NCBI RefSeq assembly: GCF_018350175.1
Contig: NC_058381.1
Span: 40,796,001 to 40,860,000, forward strand
DNA: 64,000 bases
From: Felis catus
Lineage: Eukaryota
Direction: 5' to 3'
This document shows positions 52,490-64,000 of the stretch, piece by piece. A model generated the notes under the pieces. That model had not been told where the DNA came from. It did no database searches and saw only the letters and a list, made by a program, of their open reading frames with translations. How positions within the stretch are numbered: position 1 is the first letter of the stretch; each line of letters starts with the position of its first letter. Position numbers and translations under genes: made by a program.

Positions 52490-52900
52490 GTTTCGCCATA
52501 AGCAGACGCTGAGTCCAGAATCTGGGTGCAAGTGGTTTATTTGGGAGGTAATCCTACAAAGCACATGAAAACATGGGGATGGGCAGGGTGGAAGGAAAAC
52601 CAGTAAGAATTGTGTTAATCAGAGGGTTACCACTACGGGCAACCGGTGCAGAAGACACTTGAGAATTGTACTCAGGGACAGTGACGCTGAGGTCTCTTTC
52701 TCTGACTCCTGTCTCTTATTGACTGAGGGTTGCTCCTGGGGAACATTAACGGTTAACATGTCCAGCCTGCCCAGTGACTGGGCCTGGAGACACAGGAGAC
52801 ATCGGCAGTATGTGGGAACTCTAGCAGTGTCCTCCAGAGGGCGCCACGGGCCTTCAGGGAGGGCACTGCAGGGGCCAGTTGACGTGGGCTCCTCAGAACG
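52490..52900 (-). mobile_element. ERVL LTR16-like solo LTR
   Basis: GCAGACGCTGAG...TGCAAGTGGTTTATTTGGGAGG...GGTTACCACTACGGGCAAC...ATTGACTGAGGGTTGCTCCTGGGG...CATTAAC matches my recollection of the LTR16 reverse-strand consensus. Confidence 0.7.
52536..52541 (-). terminator. Likely GHDC poly(A) signal (inside an LTR)
   Basis: First TTTATT downstream of the GHDC stop that I found (~520 nt). Confidence 0.6.
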
Positions 52901-53062
52901 GGCTGAACAGCTTAGACCTCCCTCAGGCCTGGGGTTCTGATGGGCAACTGTCACGTGGCACAGAGTCGAAGACCCTGGCCAAGATTTCCCATCCAGAGAG
53001 GCCACAGAGGAATGTACCAAGTGGCCTATGAGGGGGATGGGGCAGTGGGCAGGCCTCTCAGC

Positions 53063-56000
53063 TCAGGACACCACCCTTTTCTGCAGACACTGGGCCAGGT
53101 TCCTGTGCCTAAGGACCCGGGGCATCTCAGGAGGATAGGGGGACGAAGGGCAGGCTGCAAGGGCCACCCGGAGTTCTCTGAAGGCCCCTTGCCCCACCAG
53201 GTGGACTCTGGCAGGGCCCACGCTGCCCCAGAACCGCAAGGACTTGTAGCGGGGAGAGACTTCCTGAAGGCAGTGGTCAAGCTGGAAACAGAACGGCCTG
53301 AGTGAGGCTGGTGTGTAGCTGTGTGGCATGTGGATGAGGGATGCCTGATGGTGCCCAGGGTATGTGTGGTAGGTGTTTCATGTGTCCATATGTGTCTGTG
53401 GAATCCATCTCTCCCTTCCCAGAGCCTCAGGGAAGCTCTCCTCCCCGCCCCCCTCCTCCCCATCACTCCACTGCGCCCAGGGCACCTGGAGTCATGCAGG
53501 GTAAAGGAGACACGCAGTCCCGTCCTGTCCTATCCCTGTCTTGTTTACCTTGTCTCGGTTTTCCTCTGACAGGTTTCTCAGGCCCCTCAGCGCCACAAAC
53601 ACCTCATAGTGGGGAGCCGAGCCCTCGGAGGAATCTGCAGACAAACCCCCATGTTCACACACTTCTGTCAACAGGGCAGCTCCCAACGCCAATGCCGGTG
53701 CTCCTACCTGTTCCACCTTACTCTGAGGTTCATGGGAGAAGAGGGATCCCTTGGTAGAGAGGAGGGTAAATGGAGAGGAACCCAAAACCTAATCATAAAT
53801 ATGAAGCAGGCCGGGAAGGGAAAGGGGGAGAGACTGCAGCAGGAGGGATGGGAGTTAGACCTGAGTGAGCTAGGACTTGTGTTAGGAGCAACCAAAGAGG
53901 CCACGTCTTCTGACCTCTTTTCTAAAGTTCTTCCATCCGCATGGAATGGCATGGGGGGCAGCCAACTCAAGAATGGGGGGCAGGAGCTGATGGAGAAGCT
54001 TACCCAGAATGCTGCTCTCCACACAGCTGTGGTCTAACAGTTTCGCCCCCGGCCACTGCCCGACAGCCCGGCCCAGGGCCTCAGAGAACACATCCTCTCG
54101 AATGTCTTCTCCTCTCACACTCAGGGCCTGGCCCAGCCTGGGGAGGAGGAAGGAGACAGAGGAGCCTAGGGCACAAGGACGGCCCCTCAGCTCCCCAGGG
54201 GGTCACGTACCTGCAGACGAACCTGACGACTGGACACCGATTGTAGGCACCAACCACCTGTACCACATCACCCAGGCAGCACCTGACAGGTGGAGGAGTG
54301 GGGGGCGAGGTCAGCCCCAGGGGCCCATTCGCTCATATCCCTGGCCTTCGATAGGGTCCCAGAGGGGTGGGCAGGCGATCACCTGGTAAGGCTGATGTGG
54401 TCGGTCAGCACCAGCTCATACTCCTTGCCCTTCTGGGCCTCGGCCAGCAGGACGGTAGAGGCAGCCTCTTCCTGGGCTCCTTTGTTGACTGGGAGCAGCT
54501 CAATAAAAGGAGCTCCAGGGGGCAGAAGGTAGAGCCCGCGGGGCTGCTCTGGCCACAGGTTCAGGCCCACCACCCCTGTGGGGAGCAAGCAGCCCTTCAG
54601 TGGCCGGTGCCCTTGCTTTCTGCTAGGCAGTAGCCCCTCCCCCGGGCCCCCAGGCCCCAGTTCTCTGAGCAGCTGTTCCCACTGCTGCCCTCCCACCCCT
54701 CCTTCCTGACTCCCCCAGGCTCAGTGTGCCGCCTCTGAGGCCCTAGTTGGGAGGAGGCAGTGGTTCGGGGGATGGCAGACCTGGCGCCAAATGCTGGCAC
54801 CGTGTGAATTTGTGCAAGTTTCTTAACCTCTATGAGCCTCAGTTTCTGCATGTGTATAAACGGAGCTGTTGGTGTTGGGGGGATTAAATGATTAGGTAGG
54901 GCTCAGTGTTTGGCAGCTAGCCGTGTGACCTCTGCCCCCTGCCCCAGCTCACTAGCCTTGAGTCCTGCTGACCTCCAGAGGCAGAGTAAGCCGGGGAGAA
55001 GAAGGCTAGCCCTTGGCACCACAATGCCTCCAGGGCAGCCACAGCCTCGGCCTGGCCTCCTGCGTCCAGAGTCACCACCACCTGTAGCTTCGGCCAGAGC
55101 CGAAGGGCCAGTCCTCGGGGCCCCTGCTCTAGGGCCTCCCGCAACTCAGCTGCCCGTCTGGGGAGAGGCACCCCCGGGTTCCCGGCAGCTATTGTCTCAG
55201 CTAGCTCTTCGCCATCCGCCTCCAGGCCCACAAAGACGTCCAGGAGTTCGGCTGCTGTCCCACCTTCCAGTGCCCGCAGCCCTGGGGACCTCAGTGCCTT
55301 CAGCAGCAGGGCCCCAGGGTGCTTGGCTCCAGGGGCGCTAACCTGGCCCAAGGCACGCCAAGGCCAGGGGAGAGGGCAGGGCCAGGGGGATGTAGGGGTC
55401 ACACAGGCGGTGCCTCCCGGAGCCAGCACTTCTGGATAGGCCTTGTTTAGGGCTGCCAGACTCAGCAAGGTGGCCTGGAGGGAGACAAGAGAGGGTGTTG
55501 GCCCTGGGCCTGAGCCAGTCCCTGAGCCCCCAGTTTGGGGGTTCTTTGCCCACCCTGCTGGGAGGGTTTGGCTGCAAGTAGGGGTCTCTAATGGGGCTAG
55601 GCTCCAGCCTTCTCCGTTTACCTGCAGAGAGGCCTCCCCGTAGTACTGGGTTGAGGTAGGAGGCGAGAGCTGCCCCTCACTTTCTTCCTCTTGGGCCTGG
55701 CTGGCCTTGGTCAGTGGGAGATGGTTCCGGAAGGTGCTTATATCTGTAGCCCAAAGACATCATAAACTCGTCCTGAAGCCACAGTTTCCCAAGAGTTTCA
55801 GGCAAGATGGATGAGACCCTTAATAAGGAACCCAGCATAGGCTTAGGCTGAGCGGGGCTACTGGGGGCCTAGGGCAAGGGGGGACTACTGGCGCCCAGGA
55901 ATGGAAAATTCATCTTGAACAATCCTGAGCCTGGGTAGGGTCTTTGCGTTGGGCCCCTCTGTGCTGGCGGTAGAAGGTGAGAGGGAATCCTTGGGTTCTG

Positions 56001-56337
56001 AAATCTGACTATCCTGTGGGGTTTCTATCTGTTTGGGGCCACCTCCCCAGCCCCTTGGAAACACACCTGTGTTCCCCCTGAGGGGACCGCGGGGCCCCTG
56101 GGCTCCCTGCAGACACCACTTCAGGGCCTGCTGCTGGCTCTGGCCCGCGTGCAGTGTGCTCTGTTCTAGTCTCCGCTGCTGCCAGGCGGCCGCCCAGCAC
56201 AGGGTCCCTGCTGCCACACGGTGCTGGAGGCCAGCAAGCCAGGACAGCCTGGCATCTTGGGGCTGCCGCTGCCAGAGCACGGCCAGCAGTGGCAGCAGCA
56301 GCAGCAGGAGAAGGAACAGCAGCAGCAGCAGCAGCAT
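53063..56337 (-). CDS. GHDC: GH3 domain-containing protein, 532 aa. Coding exons 56337-56067, 55743-55622, 55474-54973, 54575-54383, 54282-54211, 54137-54004, 53634-53549, 53281-53063
   Basis: Poly-Leu N-terminal hydrophobic segment, then DARLSWLAGLQHRV, GLALRLWPKLQVVV, GKEYELVLTD, LGDVVQVVG, end RVVS*. Exons sum to 1599 nt in frame; syntenic between HCRT and STAT5B. Confidence 0.95.
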
Positions 56338-59003
56338 CTCCAAGCAGCTCCTGGGAGGAGGAAGGGACCCAAGTTCTGGTCCTGGGGGGGGGAGGAGAGG
56401 ATAACCCATTTCTCCCTCACCTTAAGCCCCCTCTACCACACGAGAAACCCAGGAAAAAGGAAGTCTGGGAAGAAGCCAGGACCCATCAGGCAGGTGATGC
56501 AGAGGAGACAACAAGGCCTTAGAGTCACACTGACCTGAGGTCGGACACTGGCTCTGACACTTGGTTAGCCGTAGGGCCCTGGGTAAGTCAGCCAGCTGCT
56601 CTGGGCTCCGATCCCCTGTCTGTAAAATGGGAATAATAACAGCTTCGCAGAAGATATAGACAGGGTTTGACACAGTGCCTGGCACACAGCGGCTGCTCAA
56701 TGACATGTCCTGCCCACTCCTGGGTGGCTCTGCTGCATCCCAGGATCCACCCTGTCCCCGCTCCGGGCCCCTCCTAAGCCCCGGGGAAGTGGTTCCATGT
56801 CCCACGTGCACCTGTCATAGCCCACTTGCGCAGACTCTCAGCACCCAGGGCCCCCTCGGCGGTGGGTACTTGGGTCTCTGTACACAGCCAGTCAGAAAGA
56901 TGGAGCCGTGGCTTTAAAGGGAGGGGCCCTGATGGGGAAATCCGGTCACGGGCCTGAGGGAGGAGCTGGGGGGGGGGTGCTCTTAAAGGGGCAGCTTGCC
57001 TAAGGGCCCAAGCCCAAGCTGGCAGGTGGGAGGAAGCTACCGCGGGAGACTTCAAACTCCTGCAGGTGAAGGAAGAGAAAGCTGAGTGTGGGAAAGAGTT
57101 CAGGAAGCAGCTTGAGTTGGGAGAAGGGCGCACCCCAGGAGAGCAGGTTCAAGCTGGAGAACTGTTAAAAAAATTTTTTTTTTCTCCCAATCCAGAAACC
57201 ATGTCCACAAAGATCTACCAGCTTTCTCTCACAAAGGTGGTAGAGAAATAAATCCCCACCCCTGGCATAAGCAACCACAAATCNNNNNNNNNNNNNNNNN
57301 NNNNNNNNNNNNNNNNNNNNNNNNNNNNNNNNNNNNNNNNNNNNNNNNNNNNNNNNNNNNNNNNNNNNNNNNNNNNNNNNNNNNNNNNNNNNNNNNNNNN
57401 NNNNNNNNNNNNNNNNNNNNNNNNNNNNNNNNNNNNNNNNNNNNNNNNNNNNNNNNNNNNNNNNNNNNNNNNNNNNNNNNCCGTTCATCAGTTGATGGGC
57501 ATTTGGGGTCATTTCCGTTCTTTGGCTACTATGTATAACGCTATTACGGATATTTGTGTACAAGTTTTTCTGTGGATATATGTTTTTATTTTCTTGCATA
57601 AAAATGTGATGAATGCAAGGGATTTACTGCATTCCAATGAATAGAATAGCTGGGTTGCATAGTAGCTCTGTTTAACTGTGTAAGGAACTGTTAAACTGGT
57701 TTCCATAGTGGCTGCACCATTTTATATCCCCACCAGCAGTATATGAGGGTTTCAAATTTTCTACATCCTTGCAAACACTTGTTATTATCCGACGTTTTGA
57801 TCACAGCTATCGTAGTGGGGTGTGAAGTGACTTGAGTCTGTTTTAATTTGCATGGCCCCCGATGACCNNNNNNNNNNNNNNNNNNNNNNNNNNNNNNNNN
57901 NNNNNNNNNNNNNNNNNNNNNNNNNNNNNNNNNNNNNNNNNNNNNNNNNNNNNNNNNNNNNNNNNNNNNNNNNNNNNNNNNNNNNNNNNNNNNNNNNNNN
58001 NNNNNNNNNNNNNNNNNNCCTGTCAGATAGANNNNNNNNNNNNNNNNNNNNNNNNNNNNNNNNNNNNNNNNNNNNNNNNNNNNNNNNNNNNNNNNNNNNN
58101 NNNNNNNNNNNNNNNNNNNNNNNNNNNNNNNNNNNNNNNNNNNNNNNNNNNNNNNNNNNNNNNNNNNNNNNNNNNNNNNNNNNNNNNNNNNNNNNNNNNN
58201 NNNNNNNNNNNNNNNNNNNNNNNNNNNNNNNNNNNNNNNNNNNNNNNNNNNNNNNNNNNNNNNNNNNNNNNNNNNNNNNNNNNNGTAAAATATGCCTAAG
58301 ATTTACCATTTTAACCCGATCAGGTATCCACTTCAGTGGCATTAAGTACATTCACACCATCGTGCAACCATCACCACCATCCATTTCCAGAACTTTTTCT
58401 TCTTCCTACACTGAAGTGTGACTCATGAAACACTAACTCCCCATTCCTCCTCTCCCCAGCCTCTGATGACCATGATTCTATTTTCTGTCTTCATGAATTT
58501 GACTACTCCAGGTAGCTAACATAGGGGCATCCATACAATGTCTCTCTCCTTTTATGTCTGTCTTATTCATTCAGCATAATGTCTTCAAGATTCACCCATG
58601 TTGTGGCATGTGTCAGAATTCCCTTCCTTTTTAAAGCTGAATGATATTCCCTTGTATGTCTAGACCACATTTAGTTTACCCATTCACCCACCGATGGACA
58701 CTTGTGTTATTTTCACCTTTTGGCTTTTGTGAATAACGCTGCTACGAACACGGGTGTATAAATATCTGTTTGAGTCCCGCTTTCAATTCTTTTGAGTATA
58801 TACCCAGAAGTGCTGGATCACATGTTTAACTTTTTGAGGAATCTCCATGGTATTTTCACAGCAGCTGCTACTTTACATGCCTACCTGCAACGCGCATGGG
58901 TTCCAATTTTTCCGCATCCCCTACAACAGTTGTTTTTTTGTTTTGTTTTGATAACAGCCAATCTAATGGGTAAGAAGTATTTCATTGTAGTTGTGATTTG
59001 CAT

Positions 59004-59236
59004 TTTTTTTTTTTAGAAAAAATTTTTAAGTTTCTTTTTATTTATTTTGGGAGAGATACAGAGAGCAAGCGGGGAGGGGCAGAGAGAGATGGAGACATAG
59101 AATCTGAAGCGAGCTCCAGACTCCGGGCTGTCAGCGTAGAGCTCAACTTGGGGCTCCAACTCACAAACGGTGAGATCATGACCTGAGCCGAAATCAAGAG
59201 TCAGATGCTTAACTGACTAAGCCACCCAGGTACCCC
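59004..59236 (-). mobile_element. SINEC with TSD TGATTTGCATTT
   Basis: Reverse-complement SINEC; TSD on both flanks. Confidence 0.88.
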
Positions 59237-59335
59237 ATGATTTGCATTTCTAACGACTGAGCATTTCTTGTGTATTTATTGTCCACCTGTATATCTTTAG
59301 AGAAATGTCTACTCACATCCTTTCCATTTAAAAAA

Positions 59336-59535
59336 GGGGCACCTGGGTGGCTCAGTCGGTTAAGCGTCTGACTTTGGCTCGAGTCATGATCTTGCAGTTC
59401 GTGAGTTCTAGCCCTGCATCGGGCTCTGTGCTGACAGCTCGGAGCCTGGAGCCTGCTTTGGATTCTCTGTCTCCCTCTCTCTGCCCCTCCCCGGCTTGTG
59501 CTCTCTCTTTCTCTCAAAAATAAGTAAACATTAAT
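59336..59535 (+). mobile_element. SINEC
   Basis: Standard head and CT region. Confidence 0.88.
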
Positions 59536-59700
59536 TTTTTTTTNNNNNNNNNNNNNNNNNNNNNNNNNNNNNNNNNNNNNNNNNNNNNNNNNNNNNNNNN
59601 NNNNNNNNNNNNNNNNNNNNNNNNNNNNNNNNNNNNNNNNNNNNNNNNNNNNNNNNNNNNNNNNNNNNNNNNNNNNNNNNNNNNNNNNNNNNNNNNNTAC

Positions 59701-59714
59701 TTTTTTTTTTAAAT

Positions 59715-59749
<35 letters not shown>

Positions 59750-59920
59750 TTTTGAGTGAGAGAGAGAGCACGAATGGGGTTGGGGCAGAGAGGAGAGAGC
59801 GAGAATCCCAAGCAGACTTTGCACCAGGGCGGAGCCCAATGAAGGACCCAACCAACCAACTATGAGATCATGACCTGAGCCAAAGTCGGACGCTTAACCG
59901 ACTGAGCCACCCAGACACCC
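59701..59920 (-). mobile_element. SINEC with (TTTA)n tail
   Basis: Reverse-complement head; (ATTT)n at ~59716-59752. Confidence 0.85.
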
Positions 59921-60103
59921 TGATGAGGTCCAATTTATTTTGTGTTGCNNNNNNNNNNNNNNNNNNNNNNNNNNNNNNNNNNNNNNNNNNNNNNNNNNNN
60001 NNNNNNNNNNNNNNNNNNNNNNNNNNNNNNNNNNNNNNNNNNNNNNNNNNNNNNNNNNNNNNNNNNNNNNNNNNNNNNNNNNNNNNAGGCTCCAACTTTA
60101 CTC

Positions 60104-60337
60104 TTTTTTTTTTTAATGTTTTTATTTTTTTGAGAGAAAAAGTACGCCCACGTGCATGCTCAGGAGAGGGGCAGAGAAAGAGGAGGACAGAAGGATACAA
60201 AGCGGGCTCCACGCTGACAGGCTGACAGGCTGACAGGCTGACAGCAGCAGCCCGATGCAGGGCTCGAACTCCCCAACTGTGAGATCACAACCTGACCCAA
60301 AGTCGGACACTCAACTGACTGAGCCACCCAGGCGTCC
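60104..60337 (-). mobile_element. SINEC with internal (CTGACAGG)x3-4 expansion
   Basis: TSD CCAACTTTA(C/T)TCTTTT; tandem 8-mer at ~60214-60244. Confidence 0.85.
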
Positions 60338-61798
60338 CTCTCCACCCGCCCCCCCAACTTTATTCTTTTGCATGTGGCTATCCAGTTGTCCCAGCACCAC
60401 TTGTTGAAAAGACTATTCTTTCCCCATTGCATGGTTTTGGCACTCCTGTGAAAAATCAGTTGACCATGGACACATGGGTTTCCTTCTGGACTCTGAATTC
60501 TATTCAATGGATCCATACATCTATCCTTATGCCAGTATCACACTATGTTGATTATTGTTGCTTTGTACTAAGTTTTGACTTACTGTGACATGTGACTACT
60601 TCAACTTTATTCTTTTTCAGTTGGTTATTTAGGAGTATATCGTTTAACTTCCATATATTTGTGAATTTTCCGGGGCTTGTCTTGTTATTTGGGTAGTGAG
60701 TGGCTGATCATTTTAGTGAGTCCATATACTTCCCATCCCCCACCTCCCTACAGTGCAAAGCCTCTGCTATTGCTCATTCAGGGGGTGCAGACTTGAGTAT
60801 GCCCAGTCACCCCAGCATGACAGTGATTTTCACCTGTCTCTTTCCCTGACCACACCCAGCTGTTAAGCTACACGAATTGTTGGCTAATTGCTATATATTT
60901 TCCAACAATGCTTTGGGGGAAGAAATGGCTCCACAAACTGATCCAATCAAATTCAGGTTTCTTTGAAGGGACAGTTTCACGGCCAGTGTTTGAGATTTGT
61001 TCTGACCCCGAGAGAGCTCCTCCCGGCTGTCTCTTTCCCCATCTTTCTCTAGCACACTCGCTAGCCCAGCTCAACCTCTACCTCCGATAAAGCTATCATT
61101 CTCCTGCCACTTGCCTTTCACAACCTCCAAGGTTTCAGAGAGCACCCTTAAGCTTGAACTTCCCTTGCAAATGAAGTCCGTTCTTTTGAGGAGAGATGCG
61201 AAGTTTTCTGTTTCAGAGCCTGCCTCTCTGTCCCGCCCCCCTCCCCTCCTCCGTATCTCTTAGCCCTGATCATTCTTAAGCTGCACACCCACGTCTCCTT
61301 GGACATTCCAGCGTATCCGGATTTGTACTCAATCTTCCTCCCAACCTGCTCCTCTCCCACATCTTCCCCTCCCCATCTCACTGAGGAGCATCTCTACCAA
61401 TTACTTCCCAAGCCAGAAACCTGGAATTACTCTAGACTCCAATCCTGCTCTCCAGCATTGGTCACAATGTCTGCATAGTAGGCCTCAGGGCCACTGCTGT
61501 GGCATCCTCATCTAGAACCTCCTCTCCTCTGACCCACACTGTTGAAACAGCCTCCCCGGATCCCTGCCTTCCTCTTTTGCCTCCCTTCAATCCATCATAC
61601 ACAGTGTCACTATCGTATTTCCTAAAATGAGACTCTGGCCATTCCTTTGCTTGAAGTCTGGTAAGGTTTCACTTGCCATCATGCTCAGGTGAAGTTTAAA
61701 CTCTTAGCCTGGCACACTAGGCTTCATCACTGGCCACAGTTCTCAAAGTGTGGTCCTTGCCCCTGTATCACCTGACAATTGTTAGAAATGCAAATTCT

Positions 61799-61989
61799 GG
61801 GGCACGTGGGTGGCTCAGGAGGTTCAATGTCTGATTTCAGCTCAGGCCATGATCTCATGGTTCATGAGTTTGAGCCCCCAAAGGGCTTTCTGCTGTCAGT
61901 ACAGAGCCCGCTTTGGATCCTCTCTCTCCCCCTCTCTCTGCTCCTTTCTTGCTCACTCTCTCTCAAAATAAATAAATTTAAAAAAAAAA
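61799..61989 (+). mobile_element. SINEC within a MER5A-like DNA transposon (~61735-62110)
   Basis: TSD AAATGCAAATTCTG; flanks CAGTTCTCAAAGTGTGGTCC...TTGTTAGAAATGCAAATTCT... Confidence 0.85.
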
Positions 61990-62679
61990 TGCAAATTCTG
62001 AGGCTCAACCCCAGGCCTACTGGCTGGGACACTCTGGAGAGTCGCCCAGCGATCTGCACTTTAGCCAGTTTTCCAGGAGATTGTGATGCAGGCCTGAGCT
62101 GAGAAGCAGATGTCACCCTCTATCCAGCCGTATCTGGCCCTCCTGCATCTCCAGCCTCTGCCTGCACTGGTCTCTCCACCTGAGCGCCTCTCCTAACTCC
62201 CATGTGTTCTTTAGGGGTCAGCTCAAGCTCACTGGTGCCCTTCTTCCATGTTCTCTTGTATTCCCTTACGGCCTCAGGACAGCTTTATTGCAGCGCGAGC
62301 CAATCTCCTATCATGTTTGGTTATGTTTGTCATCTTTCCTGGGCCATGATCCTCTTGAGGGCAGAACAATTTCTCCTCCCACTCACAATGCCCAGCTCAG
62401 AGCAGGCAACTCGAAATGTGCTTGAAATTTAAGGGTAAGCTTTGTAATGGGAACAGTGTGGAATCAGGAGGCTAGGAGGTACAGACGATCACTCTAATTT
62501 TTAAAACATCATATGAACAGGAAGGTAAGAAATGCCCCCTCTGCCATCAAAGCTAGGACACACTCTCTGAGGCCACCAGTTCCGTTTTTCACAGTCACAC
62601 TGATGATCGCAAATATTTCCCTATCAAAGCCACCCTCCCTCACCACCTCGATGGAAAGAAAAACAGAACTCAATATTGT

Positions 62680-64000
62680 CCCTTCAGAGGAAGCCTTTAT
62701 TGTAACATAAAATACACAATTTTGTGACTGCCCCAGATTGTACACAATACTTTTTTGGTGGCTACATACTAATCTGCCTCAACACTAAAATATGTATCTG
62801 AAATAATTTCACAAAGTTTTAAAAAGAAAAATTATAAAAAGTATACTTCCACTTTAAGTTCTATTCACTTTTAGTCTCCCCACCCCCCTACAAAAACCCG
62901 GCACATACCACACATTGAAACATTTGATGACTTATGTGTGTGCGTGTCTGGGGGCGAGTGAGAGGCAGAGGAGGTCAAGACTTGCCACTGCCTCTTTTGT
63001 GGTTTGCAGGAACAGGGAGAAAAGAGAAAACACAACGCAGATAGCGAGCATACCTTTCAGTCAAACATCTCTCCCATCTATCAGCGCAGCCTCAGGAAAA
63101 CGGAGGATAGGTCAGCGACCGTACCAGCATGGGACCCCTCTGCTCGGGGCAGCCACGCTCTTTGGCTCCTGTCCCCCCAATCTCCAGTGCCAACCGTCAA
63201 GGGCAAGCTCTGCCCACAGCACACCCTGGGGCTGGGTCCCTGCCAACGTGAAAGTGTGTCAGTCCCGCCCCGTCGGGGCTGCTGAGCTCCCAGCCGGCCT
63301 GCCACGGCACTCAGGGCACTCAGGGCACTCAGGGGCCGGTGCTGGTGAAGTCCAATGGGCAGGCAGGGAAGGGCTCTTTATGACTGGGTCCGAGAGCGGT
63401 CAGGCCTCCTCCTCCCGCTTCCCCAACACTCATCCTCATGGGTGGAATTTTAATCAAATCTTGAGGGGTATGTAAAGGGCTTAGCGACATCCTATGTCAC
63501 TGCTGGTATCAATGAAGGGTCAGCCTGCTCCTCAGAGGCAGAGAGATTCTACTGCCTGGCATAGAAAAATAAATCAGTGTATGAAACCAAGCCAGGGCAA
63601 ACAGCAGCTTTTAAAAAGTCATCTTCCAATAAATAATTTACTACAGAGGAATATTTTCCTTTAACATCAAAACACTGATAAATCCACAAGTCATTTTTGT
63701 AAAAAAAATATGTTTATTTACTCACATGTATAAAAATAAGGTTTTTAGGGCCATTCTCTCCTGGTGTGGTCATTCCTTCTTTTGGAGAAGGGGGCCGGGG
63801 GTGAGTGACCTTTAGGCCTACCCTGAAAGCTGTACCTGCTTCCCCCTCTTCCCACCTGACTGCGATAGACCGTTCCTTCCTTCTGGGGCAAAGCTACGGA
63901 AGAAATCGTGGACGTTGTACTGAAGCTGTTTTGTTTGGCTTCTGCAGCTTACCAAACTTCCTAGGAAACCCACTGACTGTGTTGCCCCAGATTACCAACG
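62680..64000 (-). other. STAT5B: Probable distal 3' UTR of STAT5B, with AATAAA at 62696-62701 and 63713-63718
   Basis: No coding sequence visible. Repeat-free, UTR-like AU-rich blocks with two minus-strand AATAAA. The assignment rests on the conserved GHDC-STAT5B gene order. Confidence 0.6.

Larger units (their letters stand above)
57250..60670 (-). mobile_element. Fragmented old L1 (ORF2 end/3' UTR) with N gaps and four nested SINEs
   Basis: L1-typical reverse-strand text (GATGGACACTTG.., CCAGCACCACTTGTTGAAAAGACT.., translated MDPLNRIQSPEGNPCVHGQLIF...KNSLFNKWCWDNW). Confidence 0.8.

Overview
Mammalian genomic DNA, almost certainly from a felid: it carries about 17 tRNA-derived carnivore SINEs, including a near-consensus SINEC_Fc-like copy. 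It is syntenic to the human 17q21.2 block. In order: 5' part of KAT2A (-, exons 1-6), HSPB9 (+, intronless), RAB5C (-, 216 aa), KCNH4/Kv12.3 (-, 16 coding exons, about 1019 aa), HCRT prepro-orexin (-, 131 aa), GHDC (-, 532 aa), an L1/SINE-rich spacer and probably the distal STAT5B 3' UTR (-). I read exon boundaries from GT/AG signals and frame continuity; four exons are partly hidden by N gaps. I found no wholly new gene system. The most interesting points are: two frameshifts and an in-frame deletion in HSPB9; a near-consensus REST/RE1 site in KCNH4 intron 1; an LTR16-like element supplying the GHDC poly(A) signal; a probable KCNH4 3'-UTR intron (possible NMD) ending at back-to-back AATAAA signals; degenerate GH3 catalytic motifs in GHDC; a CTCF-like site between HCRT and KCNH4; and a frame-preserving N gap that suggests a reference-guided assembly. 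Comparisons with human proteins and repeat consensus sequences are from memory and need confirming by alignment.
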